Assembly (NCBI GenBank): GCA_050179935.1
Contig: JBFXEQ010000006.1
Location: forward strand, 19,863 to 83,862
Direction of reading: 5' to 3'
Length of the DNA stretch: 64,000 nt
From: Bacteroidales bacterium
GTDB lineage: Bacteria > Bacteroidota > Bacteroidia > Bacteroidales > UBA12077
Below the pieces are notes generated by a model. The model saw only the letters and a program-made list of their open reading frames with translations, was not told where the DNA came from and searched no databases. Positions within the stretch are counted from its first letter, which is position 1; the number at the start of each line of letters is the position of its first letter. This document shows, piece after piece, positions 48,503 to 57,585 of the stretch. A program made the translations under genes and the position numbers.

Positions 48503-48742
48503 ATGGGCTTTTTAAAATTTTTATTGATCTTTTTTACGGTTACCTATATTTTAGGAATAATTGGACGATTGATAATACGCCGTTTTTTAAAAAAAACGCA
48601 ACATCAATTCGAGCAGCAACAAGCGCATCAGAGAAATCAGTATAAAAATGAAGGAGATGTTACTATCCAGAACAAGAGTAATTCTGAAAAAATAATCGAT
48701 CAATCAGAAGGTGAATATATTGATTATGAGGAGATAAAATAA
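48503..48742 (+). CDS. small membrane protein (DUF4834-like)
   Basis: 79 aa with an N-terminal TM helix, a Gln-rich middle and a C-terminal GEYIDYEEIK motif, as I recall for the Bacteroidota DUF4834 family. A terminator follows. Confidence 0.55.
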   Translation: MGFLKFLLIFFTVTYILGIIGRLIIRRFLKKTQHQFEQQQAHQRNQYKNEGDVTIQNKSNSEKIIDQSEGEYIDYEEIK

Positions 48743-48772
48743 AAAACCGCTTTTAAATGAGCGGTTTTTTAT
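48743..48772. terminator. bidirectional intrinsic terminator (DUF4834-like gene / sulfur operon)
   Basis: Stem AAAACCGC / GCGGTTTT flanked by A- and T-runs. Confidence 0.7.
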
Positions 48773-48788
48773 CTTTTGTTTAGACCCA

Positions 48789-49301
48789 TTAGGTAAATAT
48801 AATTTGTGATCCTTCGCCACCGGCCATATTATAAAAATCACCAATGGTAATAATATCGATAACATGATCAATTAAATCTTCTTTTTTAAGCTTAAACATA
48901 TCAGTTGCTAATTTGCAGGCATAAATTTCGCCTCCACCAGCCGTAATCATATCAAAAAATTCATCTACTCGGGGAATATCTAGTTTTTCCATCTGACTTT
49001 TCATCATAGCAGAAACTCCTGCCTCAACTCCTGGTAATAATCCAAGTACAGTTGGAAATGGAAGTCCTCCAGGCATACGCATCGCAGGATTACCTACTGT
49101 GCTGGTTTTTAATTTCATCATATACTTTTTTGTAATAGCATCGAGTCCAAAAAAAGTAAAGAATAACTTAGTTTCCATTCCCTCCATTACAGCTCCATTG
49201 GCCATTACTAAAGCAGCATATACATCTTCGATTGTACCTTTTGCACAAATTATTGCTACTTTCTTTACTTTGGTATCTTTTTTTTCTGTCATATCGTTCA
49301 A
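48789..49301 (-). CDS. DsrE/DsrF-like family sulfur-relay protein
   Basis: 170 aa. VAIICAKGTIEDVYAALVMANGA...LFFTFFGLD resembles DsrE-fold (COG2210-type) proteins. Last gene of a 4-gene operon. Confidence 0.6.
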   Translation of the reverse strand: MNDMTEKKDTKVKKVAIICAKGTIEDVYAALVMANGAVMEGMETKLFFTFFGLDAITKKYMMKLKTSTVGNPAMRMPGGLPFPTVLGLLPGVEAGVSAMMKSQMEKLDIPRVDEFFDMITAGGGEIYACKLATDMFKLKKEDLIDHVIDIITIGDFYNMAGGEGSQIIFT

Positions 49302-49309
49302 TTTTTTAG

Positions 49310-49612
49310 TTATACACAGCTAGTGGGTTTTTTAATACCTGCGATTTTTGAAGCCAGTTTTAAGGGTCCTCCAGGGAATAATGTATAAAACCCTTTTATA
49401 TCTACTATTCCTGATCCGCCAACTTTACGAATAGTAAGCCCTGACTCGTTCTGACGAATAAATTTTAGAACTTCAAAATGCTTATCGGTAAGCTCAATAT
49501 TTTCTTCTTTAGCTAATTCCTTTGCAATTTCTTCGTTCCATTTTGAGGAATCAACAAGATAACCATCTTCGGTAACCTCTAGTGTAACTCCTGCATACGT
49601 TTTTTGTGCCAT
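49310..49612 (-). CDS. TusE/DsrC-family sulfur carrier (single C-terminal Cys)
   Basis: 100 aa. It aligns by eye with E. coli TusE (EDGYL..SS.W, LFPGGP.K.ASKIAG..KP..C[VI]). It ends KKPTSCV. The second DsrC cysteine position is Ser. Confidence 0.8.
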   Translation of the reverse strand: MAQKTYAGVTLEVTEDGYLVDSSKWNEEIAKELAKEENIELTDKHFEVLKFIRQNESGLTIRKVGGSGIVDIKGFYTLFPGGPLKLASKIAGIKKPTSCV

Positions 49613-49626
49613 AGTTTTAAAATTTA

Positions 49627-50205
49627 TTAATGAATACTTTTATTTATTTTAGATTGAACTGAAATATTTTTTAGAAGTGTCAGCATAAAACCAATACTTT
49701 GTTTCACCTCAGGACTATTAATTTCTTTCATTATTTTCCAAAATGAATATTGCTTAGGTTGTTCTGAGCTTGTTTTATGATATGCAACAACAGCATTATC
49801 AAACAGTTGGGCCATTTCTTTAATAAATTCGAAATAACCTTTTTGCTCAAATTCGTGCAGTTTATTGGCAAATTCGATGCCTGCATCAGTAATCATGGGA
49901 CCAACATCTTTTGCAAGGTCGTTCATACTCTCTAGCAGATCGATCATTTGAGAAATATTGTTAATATTTCTTATAAACTTAAAAGCAAGAGATTTTATAT
50001 CATCTACATTAAGCTCAATCCCCTGTTTATCTAGTTCTTCAATAATACTTGTAAAGGCGTCTTTACCAATGATCGAAAGATCGCCAACTAAATCTTCGAT
50101 GGCTTCGCTTTTAAGCCTTTGATCATTTACATAATGCAGCAACAGATCCAGCTTTTGGTTAATCTGATTTATTTGTTCCTGCATATTATCTGTTTTTGCT
50201 TCCAT
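49627..50205 (-). CDS. DUF1641-like protein
   Basis: 192 aa from the ATG at 50205; the track's upstream start would overlap the preceding gene. Helical protein. This family is commonly paired with FAD-dependent disulfide oxidoreductases. Confidence 0.5.
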   Translation of the reverse strand: MEAKTDNMQEQINQINQKLDLLLHYVNDQRLKSEAIEDLVGDLSIIGKDAFTSIIEELDKQGIELNVDDIKSLAFKFIRNINNISQMIDLLESMNDLAKDVGPMITDAGIEFANKLHEFEQKGYFEFIKEMAQLFDNAVVAYHKTSSEQPKQYSFWKIMKEINSPEVKQSIGFMLTLLKNISVQSKINKSIH

Positions 50206-50224
50206 TTTTCGACTCTTTAAATAA

Positions 50225-51454
50225 TTACTTTTTCTTTCCTGCCATCGACATTTCTGATTCAACAGGAAGTTCTTTCCCTTTAAGCAGAATATGCCAGTAA
50301 ATCCATCGAAAAATTACTTTTCCATAATGATTCATTTTTGTATTCTGCAATAAGCCGAAAGGTCCAATGCCGGGTAAAGGATAATTACCAGCCAATGGTT
50401 CTGTTTCGTAATTAAAGTCGATAATAGATCCTTTTCCAAATCCTGTTTCGATATAACAATTCGCATGTCCATCAAAATGAGCTCTCATTTGGCGGCCTTT
50501 AATTAAACACATCAGGTTTTTAAACACTACCTCAGAAGCAAAATGAACTACCGATCCAGCTTTAGATGTTGGAATATTTGAGGCATCACCTAACACAAAA
50601 ACATTTTCATATTTTTCTGATCGTAATGTATTTTTATCCGTTGGAACATAATTTAAATCATCTCCCATACCACTTCGCTGAATCAGATCGTCTCCTTTAT
50701 TTACAGGAACAATGGTTAATACATCAAAAGGAATTTCTTTGCCATCGTATGATTTAATTACTTTCGCTTTATTATCAACACTTTCTAAATAGAAATCAGG
50801 AACTACGGTAATGTTTTTTTCTTTTAAAAGTTCACCAAGCATTTTTGTAGCTCTGGGTTTTGTAAATGCACCCGGAAGTGGTGTAACATAAGTAATATCA
50901 ACTTTATCTCGAATACCTGCTTTGGTAAAATATTCATCGGCCAAAAAAACAAACTCGAGTGGTGCAACCGGGCATTTAAAAGGCAACTCAGCAATATTCA
51001 TAACTAATCGACCTCCTTGCCATGTTTCAAAAAAATCTTTTAGAGCCACAGCACCTTCGATGGTATAAAAGTCAAAAATTTCTTTGTACCATAATTCGTC
51101 CTTTAAGCCTGGTGTTTCTTCAGGGCTGGTCCTGGTACCAGTGGAAATAATTAAAAAATCGTAATTCAATTTTTGGCCTCCTTCTAACAAAACCTGGTTA
51201 TTTTCTGGCTCAATTCGATCAATACCATTAAAAATAAGTTTTACTCCCGAAGGAATAAAATCGGCCTTTGATTTAATTACATCCTGCTCCTTATAAATAC
51301 CAAATGGTATAAATAAAAATCCTGGTTGATAGTAATGTGTTTTATTTTTATCAACGATTGTTATTTCCCATTCATCGCGACTAAGCTCTTTCCTAAGTTT
51401 ATTAGCCATTATTGTCCCGCCTGTTCCGGCGCCTAAAATCACTATCTTTTTCAT
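50225..51454 (-). CDS. sulfide:quinone oxidoreductase-like FAD-dependent pyridine nucleotide-disulfide oxidoreductase
   Basis: 409 aa. N-terminal Rossmann motif KIVILGAGTGGT. SQR-type Cys loop FKCPVAPLEF. Second dinucleotide-binding region (VFVLGDA). Confidence 0.7.
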   Translation of the reverse strand: MKKIVILGAGTGGTIMANKLRKELSRDEWEITIVDKNKTHYYQPGFLFIPFGIYKEQDVIKSKADFIPSGVKLIFNGIDRIEPENNQVLLEGGQKLNYDFLIISTGTRTSPEETPGLKDELWYKEIFDFYTIEGAVALKDFFETWQGGRLVMNIAELPFKCPVAPLEFVFLADEYFTKAGIRDKVDITYVTPLPGAFTKPRATKMLGELLKEKNITVVPDFYLESVDNKAKVIKSYDGKEIPFDVLTIVPVNKGDDLIQRSGMGDDLNYVPTDKNTLRSEKYENVFVLGDASNIPTSKAGSVVHFASEVVFKNLMCLIKGRQMRAHFDGHANCYIETGFGKGSIIDFNYETEPLAGNYPLPGIGPFGLLQNTKMNHYGKVIFRWIYWHILLKGKELPVESEMSMAGKKK

Positions 51455-51489
51455 TTTTGATATATTTTATAGTATTTTTATATTGTTTA

Positions 51490-51507
51490 CTGTTACAAAA
51501 ATAACAG
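51490..51507. promoter_or_regulatory. palindrome CTGTTA-N6-TAACAG enclosing a candidate -7 box (TATTTTTG, minus strand) of the sulfur operon
   Basis: The -7 match (51496-51503) lies 42 nt upstream of the ATG at 51454. The 6-bp inverted arms flank it. Confidence 0.3.
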
Positions 51508-51537
51508 ATATACATATATTAATATTATTATATATCA

Positions 51538-51565
51538 TGATATATATCAGTTATGATATATATCA
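51538..51565. promoter_or_regulatory. two tandem Crp/Fnr-type boxes TGATATATATCA
   Basis: Identical 12-bp palindromes at 51538-51549 and 51554-51565 (TGAT-N4-ATCA core of TTGAT-N4-ATCAA), 16 bp apart. They lie between the sulfur operon and the divergent crp/fnr gene. Confidence 0.5.
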
Positions 51566-51588
51566 TTTACTGAAACATTTTGTTACTT

Positions 51589-52284
51589 ATGGAATTATCT
51601 GTAAAAGTTACTAATTGTAAAGATTGCATTTATCGGTCATGGGCATTTAAAAACCTTTCTGCTGATGATCTGCGATTAATTAATGATAGAAAGAATGAGC
51701 GATTTTATCGCAAAGGAGAAAAAATCTGCACGGAGAATGAACCCATTTCATCCTTTATGTACCTTCAAAATGGATTGGTTAAGCTTTACAAGACCGAAAC
51801 TAACGATCGTGAACATATTATAAGTATAGCCCGACCAAAAGATTTTATCGGATTATTAAGTATTTTTTCTAATAAAACACAGGTTTATTCAATAACAGCA
51901 ATAGAAGATTCGGTGGTGTGTTTTGTAGATTTGGAGATAATAAAAAATCTGATCAAAACAAATGGTGTTTTTGCAATAGATTTTTTTGAGAAAATTAGTG
52001 CAATTGCAGATTCTGTAATAAAAACCCGAATTGATATTAACACCCGTCAATTAAGAGGACGAATAGCTTATATTTTATTATTATTCGCAGAACAAATTTA
52101 TACCTCTCAAAGATTTAGCCTCCCTATAAGCAGAAAAGAAATTGCCGAGCTTATAGATATGAGTACAGAAAATGTAATTAGGGTTTTATCAGAATTTAGA
52201 AAAGACAAAATAATCCAGATCGAAGGAAAAGATATAGAGATACTTGATTTAAAAAGGCTGGAAAAAATTTATGAATTAGGTTAA
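51589..52284 (+). CDS. Crp/Fnr-family transcriptional regulator
   Basis: 231 aa from the ATG at 51589. cNMP-binding-like beta-roll and a C-terminal HTH (SRKEIAELIDMSTENVIRVLSEFRKDKII). N-terminal CKDC pair. Confidence 0.85.
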   Translation: MELSVKVTNCKDCIYRSWAFKNLSADDLRLINDRKNERFYRKGEKICTENEPISSFMYLQNGLVKLYKTETNDREHIISIARPKDFIGLLSIFSNKTQVYSITAIEDSVVCFVDLEIIKNLIKTNGVFAIDFFEKISAIADSVIKTRIDINTRQLRGRIAYILLLFAEQIYTSQRFSLPISRKEIAELIDMSTENVIRVLSEFRKDKIIQIEGKDIEILDLKRLEKIYELG

Positions 52285-53042
52285 CGTTGGTTTTTTAGAT
52301 CTTTTATTTTCTGCGAGAGTTTAGATGCAAAAATAAAATTATTTAGCTCCTTGTTATCAGTATCAAATATTTCCTCTTTAGTTCCTTCCCACCAGATAGA
52401 TCCATTTGAAATAAAGATAACTTTATCACCAATTTCCATAACCGAATTCATATCGTGAGTGTTTACTATTGTTGTCATATTATACTCAATGGTAATCTCC
52501 TTTATCAGGTTATCTATTACTAGTGCTGTTTTAGGATCCAAGCCTGAGTTAGGCTCATCGCAAAATAAATATTTCGGATTTAAAGCAATAGCGCGGGCAA
52601 TAGCAACTCTTTTTTTCATACCTCCACTTATTTCTGCCGGAAACAACTTATTTGAATTAATAATATTTACCCGCTTTAAACATTCGTTGGCACGGTCTCT
52701 CTTTTCGGCATAACTCATATCTGTAAACATGTCTAACGGAAACATCACATTTTCTTCGACAGTCGATGAATCGAACAATGCGCTGCCCTGGAACAACATG
52801 CCTATTTCTTGCCGCATCATCTTTTTTTCTTTAAAGCTAAGATGATTAAAAACTGTTCCATCAAAAATAACCTCTCCTTCGTCAATATCATGCAATCCTA
52901 CGATCGACTTTAGCAATACAGTTTTACCCGATCCACTCTGACCAATAATTAAATTAGCCTTGCCTTTATCAAAAACTACATTTATATCGTTTAAAACTCT
53001 TGAATGATCAAATGATTTGGATAAGTTTCTAACTTCTATCAT
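52281..53042 (-). CDS. mlaF: ABC transporter ATP-binding protein (MlaF-like)
   Basis: 253 aa. Walker A GQSGSGKT, signature ISGGMKKR, Walker B LFCDEPNSGLD. Overlaps the upstream permease gene by 4 nt. Confidence 0.8.
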   Translation of the reverse strand: MIEVRNLSKSFDHSRVLNDINVVFDKGKANLIIGQSGSGKTVLLKSIVGLHDIDEGEVIFDGTVFNHLSFKEKKMMRQEIGMLFQGSALFDSSTVEENVMFPLDMFTDMSYAEKRDRANECLKRVNIINSNKLFPAEISGGMKKRVAIARAIALNPKYLFCDEPNSGLDPKTALVIDNLIKEITIEYNMTTIVNTHDMNSVMEIGDKVIFISNGSIWWEGTKEEIFDTDNKELNNFIFASKLSQKIKDLKNQR

Positions 53043-53779
53043 GAAAGTAACAATTGGGTTAGAATAACATTAAAAAGTAAAATAAATATACTACTATGTA
53101 CAACTGCTTTTGTACTTGATTGGCCAACTTCGAGAGAGCCTCCACTCGAATAATATCCATGGTAAGCTGAAATAGAAGTAATTAAAAAAGCAAAAATTGC
53201 CATTTTTATCAATGCATAAACAATATAATAAGGTATAAATGCATATTGTATTCCGTAGATATAATCTTGCGATGTCATTACTCCTGTTGATACACCTGCA
53301 ATCCATCCTCCAAGTATTCCTACAAACATACTCATTATACAAAGAAAAGGGCTAAAAAGCACTGTAGCAGTAATCTTGGGAAGTATAAGGTAATTGGCTG
53401 AATTAACACCCATAATTTCGAGGGCATCAATCTGTTCAGTAACTCTCATTGTTCCTATCTCTGAGGCAATATTTGATCCAATCTTTCCGGCCAAAATTAA
53501 TGCAACTATTGTTGATGAAAACTCCAATAAAAGGGTGTCTCTGGCTGTTAATCCTATTAAATACTTCGGATAAATTGGATTTTCGGTATTATAGGCTGTT
53601 TGTATAGTTATTACAGCACCCATAAATACTGATATAATTACAACTATCCAAACCGAATTTATCCCAAGTTTATCTATTTCTTTTATCGTTTCTTTATAAT
53701 AAATTTTCAATTTCTCAGGCTTTGAAAAAACCCTGGTTAATAAAATTAGATATTTCCCAATATGCGATAATAAATTCAT
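53039..53779 (-). CDS. mlaE: ABC transporter permease (MlaE-like)
   Basis: 246 aa from the ATG at 53779 (MNLLSHIGKY...). Multi-TM MlaE-type sequence (EIGTMRVTEQIDALEIMG). The longer track start would overlap the promoter box. Confidence 0.8.
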   Translation of the reverse strand: MNLLSHIGKYLILLTRVFSKPEKLKIYYKETIKEIDKLGINSVWIVVIISVFMGAVITIQTAYNTENPIYPKYLIGLTARDTLLLEFSSTIVALILAGKIGSNIASEIGTMRVTEQIDALEIMGVNSANYLILPKITATVLFSPFLCIMSMFVGILGGWIAGVSTGVMTSQDYIYGIQYAFIPYYIVYALIKMAIFAFLITSISAYHGYYSSGGSLEVGQSSTKAVVHSSIFILLFNVILTQLLLS

Positions 53780-53800
53780 TTCTGTTCGTTTTATCCCTTG

Positions 53801-53808
53801 CAAATATA
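53801..53808 (-). promoter_or_regulatory. candidate -7 box (TATATTTG on minus strand) for mlaEF
   Basis: Matches TAnnTTTG, 22 nt upstream of the ATG at 53779. Confidence 0.3.
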
Positions 53809-53918
53809 CAAATATTGTTTTTAATCAAAGGTGCGATCCTGTTAAACAGAATTTTCAATTTTTATTTAATAAATAGGATGTGTTTTGTTAATTTTAGGCA
53901 CAATATAAAAAAACAGAA

Positions 53919-55010
53919 ATGGATAAAAACAATTACTGTGTAATAATGGCCGGTGGGGTTGGAAGTAGATTTTGGCCAATAAGCAGAGCCCAGAAACCAA
54001 AACAGTTTTTAGATATTTTAGGAACAGGTAGAACATTGCTGCAAATGACATTTGATCGATTTAAACTGATTATCCCTGTTGAAAATATTTTTATTGTAAC
54101 CAGCTCTTCATACAAAAACATAATCCAGCAGCAAATCCCTGAGCTTAGTGAAAATCAGATTTTACTTGAGCCATCACGAAGAAACACAGCTCCTTGTATT
54201 TCTTATGCAAACTATAAAATTCTTAAAATTAATCCAAATGCCAATATTGTTACAGCTCCTTCAGATCATTTAATTTTAAGGGAAAAAGAATTTTCAAAAG
54301 TTATTTTACAGGGGCTTAATTTTGTTGCTGATAAAGATGCTTTACTTACCTTAGGTATTAAGCCAAGCCGACCCGAAACGGGTTATGGATATATTCAGTT
54401 CGATCAAAAAAATAGTGAACAAAAGAACTCTAATATTTTTAAAGTAAAAACATTTACCGAGAAACCAAATAAAGAAATAGCTCAGGTTTTTCTTGATAGT
54501 GGTGAGTTTTATTGGAATTCAGGCATATTTATTTGGTCGTTAAAATCAATAATGAATGCATATAATAAATTTTTACCAGAAATAAACTCTCTTTTTAAAG
54601 AAGGATTTAATTATTACAATTCTCCTGATGAAGAATCATTTATTTCAAAAGCCTATTTTGAGTGTAGCAATATTTCTATTGATTATGGTATAATGGAGAA
54701 AGCAGAGAATGTTTTTGTTTATTGTAGTAATTTCGGTTGGGCTGATTTAGGTACTTGGGGCTCGCTTAATGATCATCTTGCACACGATAAAAATCAAAAT
54801 TCGATTCGCGGCAATAATGTTTTTGCATATGATTTAAAAAAATGCATTGTAAATATGCCAGATGACAAGCTTGCAGTTATTCAGGGATTAGAAGATTTTA
54901 TTATTGTTGAGTCTGATGGCATTTTACTTATTTGTAAAAAAGATGACGAGCAGGAAATTAAACAATATGTGAATGATATTAAAATGAAAAAAGGAGATAT
55001 CTATTTATAA
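53919..55010 (+). CDS. manC: mannose-1-phosphate guanylyltransferase
   Basis: 363 aa with the nucleotidyltransferase N-terminus YCVIMAGGVGSRFWPISR...PKQFL. Confidence 0.85.
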   Translation: MDKNNYCVIMAGGVGSRFWPISRAQKPKQFLDILGTGRTLLQMTFDRFKLIIPVENIFIVTSSSYKNIIQQQIPELSENQILLEPSRRNTAPCISYANYKILKINPNANIVTAPSDHLILREKEFSKVILQGLNFVADKDALLTLGIKPSRPETGYGYIQFDQKNSEQKNSNIFKVKTFTEKPNKEIAQVFLDSGEFYWNSGIFIWSLKSIMNAYNKFLPEINSLFKEGFNYYNSPDEESFISKAYFECSNISIDYGIMEKAENVFVYCSNFGWADLGTWGSLNDHLAHDKNQNSIRGNNVFAYDLKKCIVNMPDDKLAVIQGLEDFIIVESDGILLICKKDDEQEIKQYVNDIKMKKGDIYL

Positions 55011-55014
55011 AAAA

Positions 55015-55036
55015 AGCGCCTTGAGGCGCTCTTTTT
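55015..55036. terminator. bidirectional intrinsic terminator between manC and gldN
   Basis: Stem AGCGCC / GGCGCT with loop TTGA. A-run upstream and T-run downstream. Confidence 0.7.
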
Positions 55037-55050
55037 GTTATATATTGTTT

Positions 55051-55893
55051 CTAAAACTCCCACAAATCGTGTTCAATTTCGAATAACTTTTGCTTGATTT
55101 TTTCAGCCTCCATAAGGTTATTAACACCTTGCATGTATTGTACAATTTCTCGGTTATCATAAACGTTTGATTCTCTTACAATATAGCTGGTAAATCGTCT
55201 TTGCCAAAAAATATCATCAAAACTTATGCGCTGTGCATCGTTGTTTCTATTATATATTTCTTGTTTTGCAAATAATGGACGTGCCTCATCAAAATACACC
55301 CAAAAAGTTTTTGATTTTCTGGTTTGTTCTGTTTCCGGATCAACCCAGGTTCTGATTGGGCAAATTCCAAGAATACGTACACGCATCATCGAATGTTGCT
55401 TATCAAAATACCATTGTTCTTTAAGCTCATATTTTGTTACCTGCTCATATTTAATTTCGCCTTCGATAAATTGTTGAACCAGTTCTCCTGTATTAGGATC
55501 CGGAACCCATGATGTATCAGGAAGTGCATCGAATTTTTGATAAACTTCATCTCTAGTCATAATTTGCTTAAACTCATCATCAGCATACACGGTTAATCCT
55601 TCATTATTAATAGCATAGACTAATAAGCTGATTAAACTTTTTCTATCATCAACATCAACCAAAGGATAGTAAAGATGATGATTCATTTTTTCTCTGCAAT
55701 CGATTACCTGCCATATTTTTTGTGACCACATAATATCTGCTTCGCGCAATATAGGGAATGGTACAGGCTTTTTCCCAGGAATATTCTCTTTAACATAAAC
55801 GTTGTCATTTACATTTTGGGCGAATGACTGCTGCTTACCGAAAAAGGTACTCAGTAAACAAGTAACAATCATAACAACAAAAAACCTTTTCAT
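55051..55893 (-). CDS. gldN: T9SS/gliding motility protein GldN (PorN)
   Basis: 280 aa with a signal peptide. Conserved GldN segment (FPILREADIMWSQKIWQVIDCREKMNHHLYYP). Last gene of the gldKLMN operon. Confidence 0.88.
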   Translation of the reverse strand: MKRFFVVMIVTCLLSTFFGKQQSFAQNVNDNVYVKENIPGKKPVPFPILREADIMWSQKIWQVIDCREKMNHHLYYPLVDVDDRKSLISLLVYAINNEGLTVYADDEFKQIMTRDEVYQKFDALPDTSWVPDPNTGELVQQFIEGEIKYEQVTKYELKEQWYFDKQHSMMRVRILGICPIRTWVDPETEQTRKSKTFWVYFDEARPLFAKQEIYNRNNDAQRISFDDIFWQRRFTSYIVRESNVYDNREIVQYMQGVNNLMEAEKIKQKLFEIEHDLWEF

Positions 55894-55909
55894 ATATATT
55901 TGTTTTTAG

Positions 55910-57553
55910 TTAAATTATTTCAAAAACTATTGATGCCAGTGGCCTAACACTACCATCAGGGCCAACTGCTTTCACATCTTCAATATTTACACGCTGTCCT
56001 CTTCTAATATCCTTTAAAAGGTCAAATTGTGCTTGAGTAAACAAATTTCCTCTTGTGGGCTGATTCTTATAGTATCCGCCTTTGTCTGTGGTTGATACAG
56101 TAAACTCAATAATTTTAAATTCCAGGTCGAAATCAAATTGCTCCATATCTGCAACAACACCTTTTTGTGCAAGGAACATATTTCTTTCGATTTTACCACC
56201 CTTTTTACCGGCAACTTTAACCACTGGATCTGGTAAAGCTTTAACCCTAAAAGTAACTGCTCCCATTGATCGTCTTGCCCCATCAATTTCTGCAATAACC
56301 GATATTATACTATTACCAGGGCGAACAGGATTTACAATATACTCTCCATCACCAATTTTTTTCAATTTTGCATTTGTAATCGATGGATCAATTTTATCGC
56401 CAGAAATACCAGGAACAGAGATACTAACCGGATTGTCAACCCCAACATAAAAAACATTCATTTTAGTCGGAGATATAACAAGACTGGGTTTATTAACAGT
56501 ATATGAACTTCTGAATGATTTTTTAATATAATTACCATTAGGTCCCATAACTTTTATTATTCCACCCCAATCGCGTTTTCCCAGCCCTGAACCCATTACA
56601 TTATATTTACCCTTTCCATTAACAATATCAAGCGAATCGTAATTACCTACCATTCGGTAATCATATGATCCATCCTCTAACTGAACAGAATCATACCGAC
56701 CAACATAAACAATTGGAGGAGAGGTCGTATCAAGCGCAGCCAAGAAGACATCTGCCTTATATGGGTTACCTTCTAATATATAACTAGAGTTTGGAATAAT
56801 AGTAGCTTCAAGTTTGTTAACTTTTAAAGATCCTGCATCAATCTGTTCTAACAAGTACTGAACCATCTCTGATTCAGAATTTCTAACATCAACCTGTAAC
56901 TTGGTTAACAAGGGCATTACGGCAGCCAAAGGCATTGATTCAAAGTATTTTACCTCCCAGCTTCTTTCTGTTCCATCGTTTGCTGGTGGAGGATTTTCTG
57001 TACCAAGGTTGCTTTCCAATGAATGTCGAACTCTCAAATTATCTTCGTCTACTATTGATAAAAGATAATCTTTATAATTTTTAATTCTTTCGCGAAGCTC
57101 ATATGCCTTTCCATCTTTATTGCTTCCAATAAGAATCATTGATGCATTATCAAACTTATCTTTACCAACTAACTTCTCATTTTCAATATCACCATCTTCT
57201 GTAATAGCTGTTTTGCTTTCACCTTTATCTAATCCCTGCCCATTTGCAATTACTATATCTCTTTTTAGTTGTTGTATAAATTCATAAAGCTCATCAGATT
57301 GTTTTTTAACCTCATCAGACTTTTCTTTCCAAGGTCTTACTTTTGTTTCGTTTAGGGCATATTGTTCACTAAACGTAACATAAAGCTCTTGATTTTTTGT
57401 TGAATAGTTGACAGCTGTTTTTTTAAGACCTTCATCAACTGCACCAAAGGCTTCTAAAACTTCGGCGGAAACGTTTAGTGCTAACATTGCTGTTAACACC
57501 AAGTACATCATACCGATCATTTTTTGCCTGGGAGTTTCTTTACCGTGACCCAT
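55910..57553 (-). CDS. gldM: T9SS/gliding motility protein GldM (PorM)
   Basis: 547 aa with the characteristic N-terminus GKETPRQKMIGMMYLVLTAMLALNVS. Confidence 0.9.
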   Translation of the reverse strand: MGHGKETPRQKMIGMMYLVLTAMLALNVSAEVLEAFGAVDEGLKKTAVNYSTKNQELYVTFSEQYALNETKVRPWKEKSDEVKKQSDELYEFIQQLKRDIVIANGQGLDKGESKTAITEDGDIENEKLVGKDKFDNASMILIGSNKDGKAYELRERIKNYKDYLLSIVDEDNLRVRHSLESNLGTENPPPANDGTERSWEVKYFESMPLAAVMPLLTKLQVDVRNSESEMVQYLLEQIDAGSLKVNKLEATIIPNSSYILEGNPYKADVFLAALDTTSPPIVYVGRYDSVQLEDGSYDYRMVGNYDSLDIVNGKGKYNVMGSGLGKRDWGGIIKVMGPNGNYIKKSFRSSYTVNKPSLVISPTKMNVFYVGVDNPVSISVPGISGDKIDPSITNAKLKKIGDGEYIVNPVRPGNSIISVIAEIDGARRSMGAVTFRVKALPDPVVKVAGKKGGKIERNMFLAQKGVVADMEQFDFDLEFKIIEFTVSTTDKGGYYKNQPTRGNLFTQAQFDLLKDIRRGQRVNIEDVKAVGPDGSVRPLASIVFEII

Positions 57554-57585
57554 ATTTGTTTAATTTATTTTAAACTTAAATATGA

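Noticed and set aside
50206-50262. Longer start for the DUF1641-like gene
   Set aside because: It would overlap the SQR-like gene by 38 nt and adds a basic, non-conserved-looking peptide. The ATG at 50205 leaves a normal 19-nt gap.
56082-56450. 122-aa plus-strand ORF and a 93-aa minus-strand out-of-frame ORF inside gldM
   Set aside because: Both are embedded in a conserved gene, and there is no independent support.
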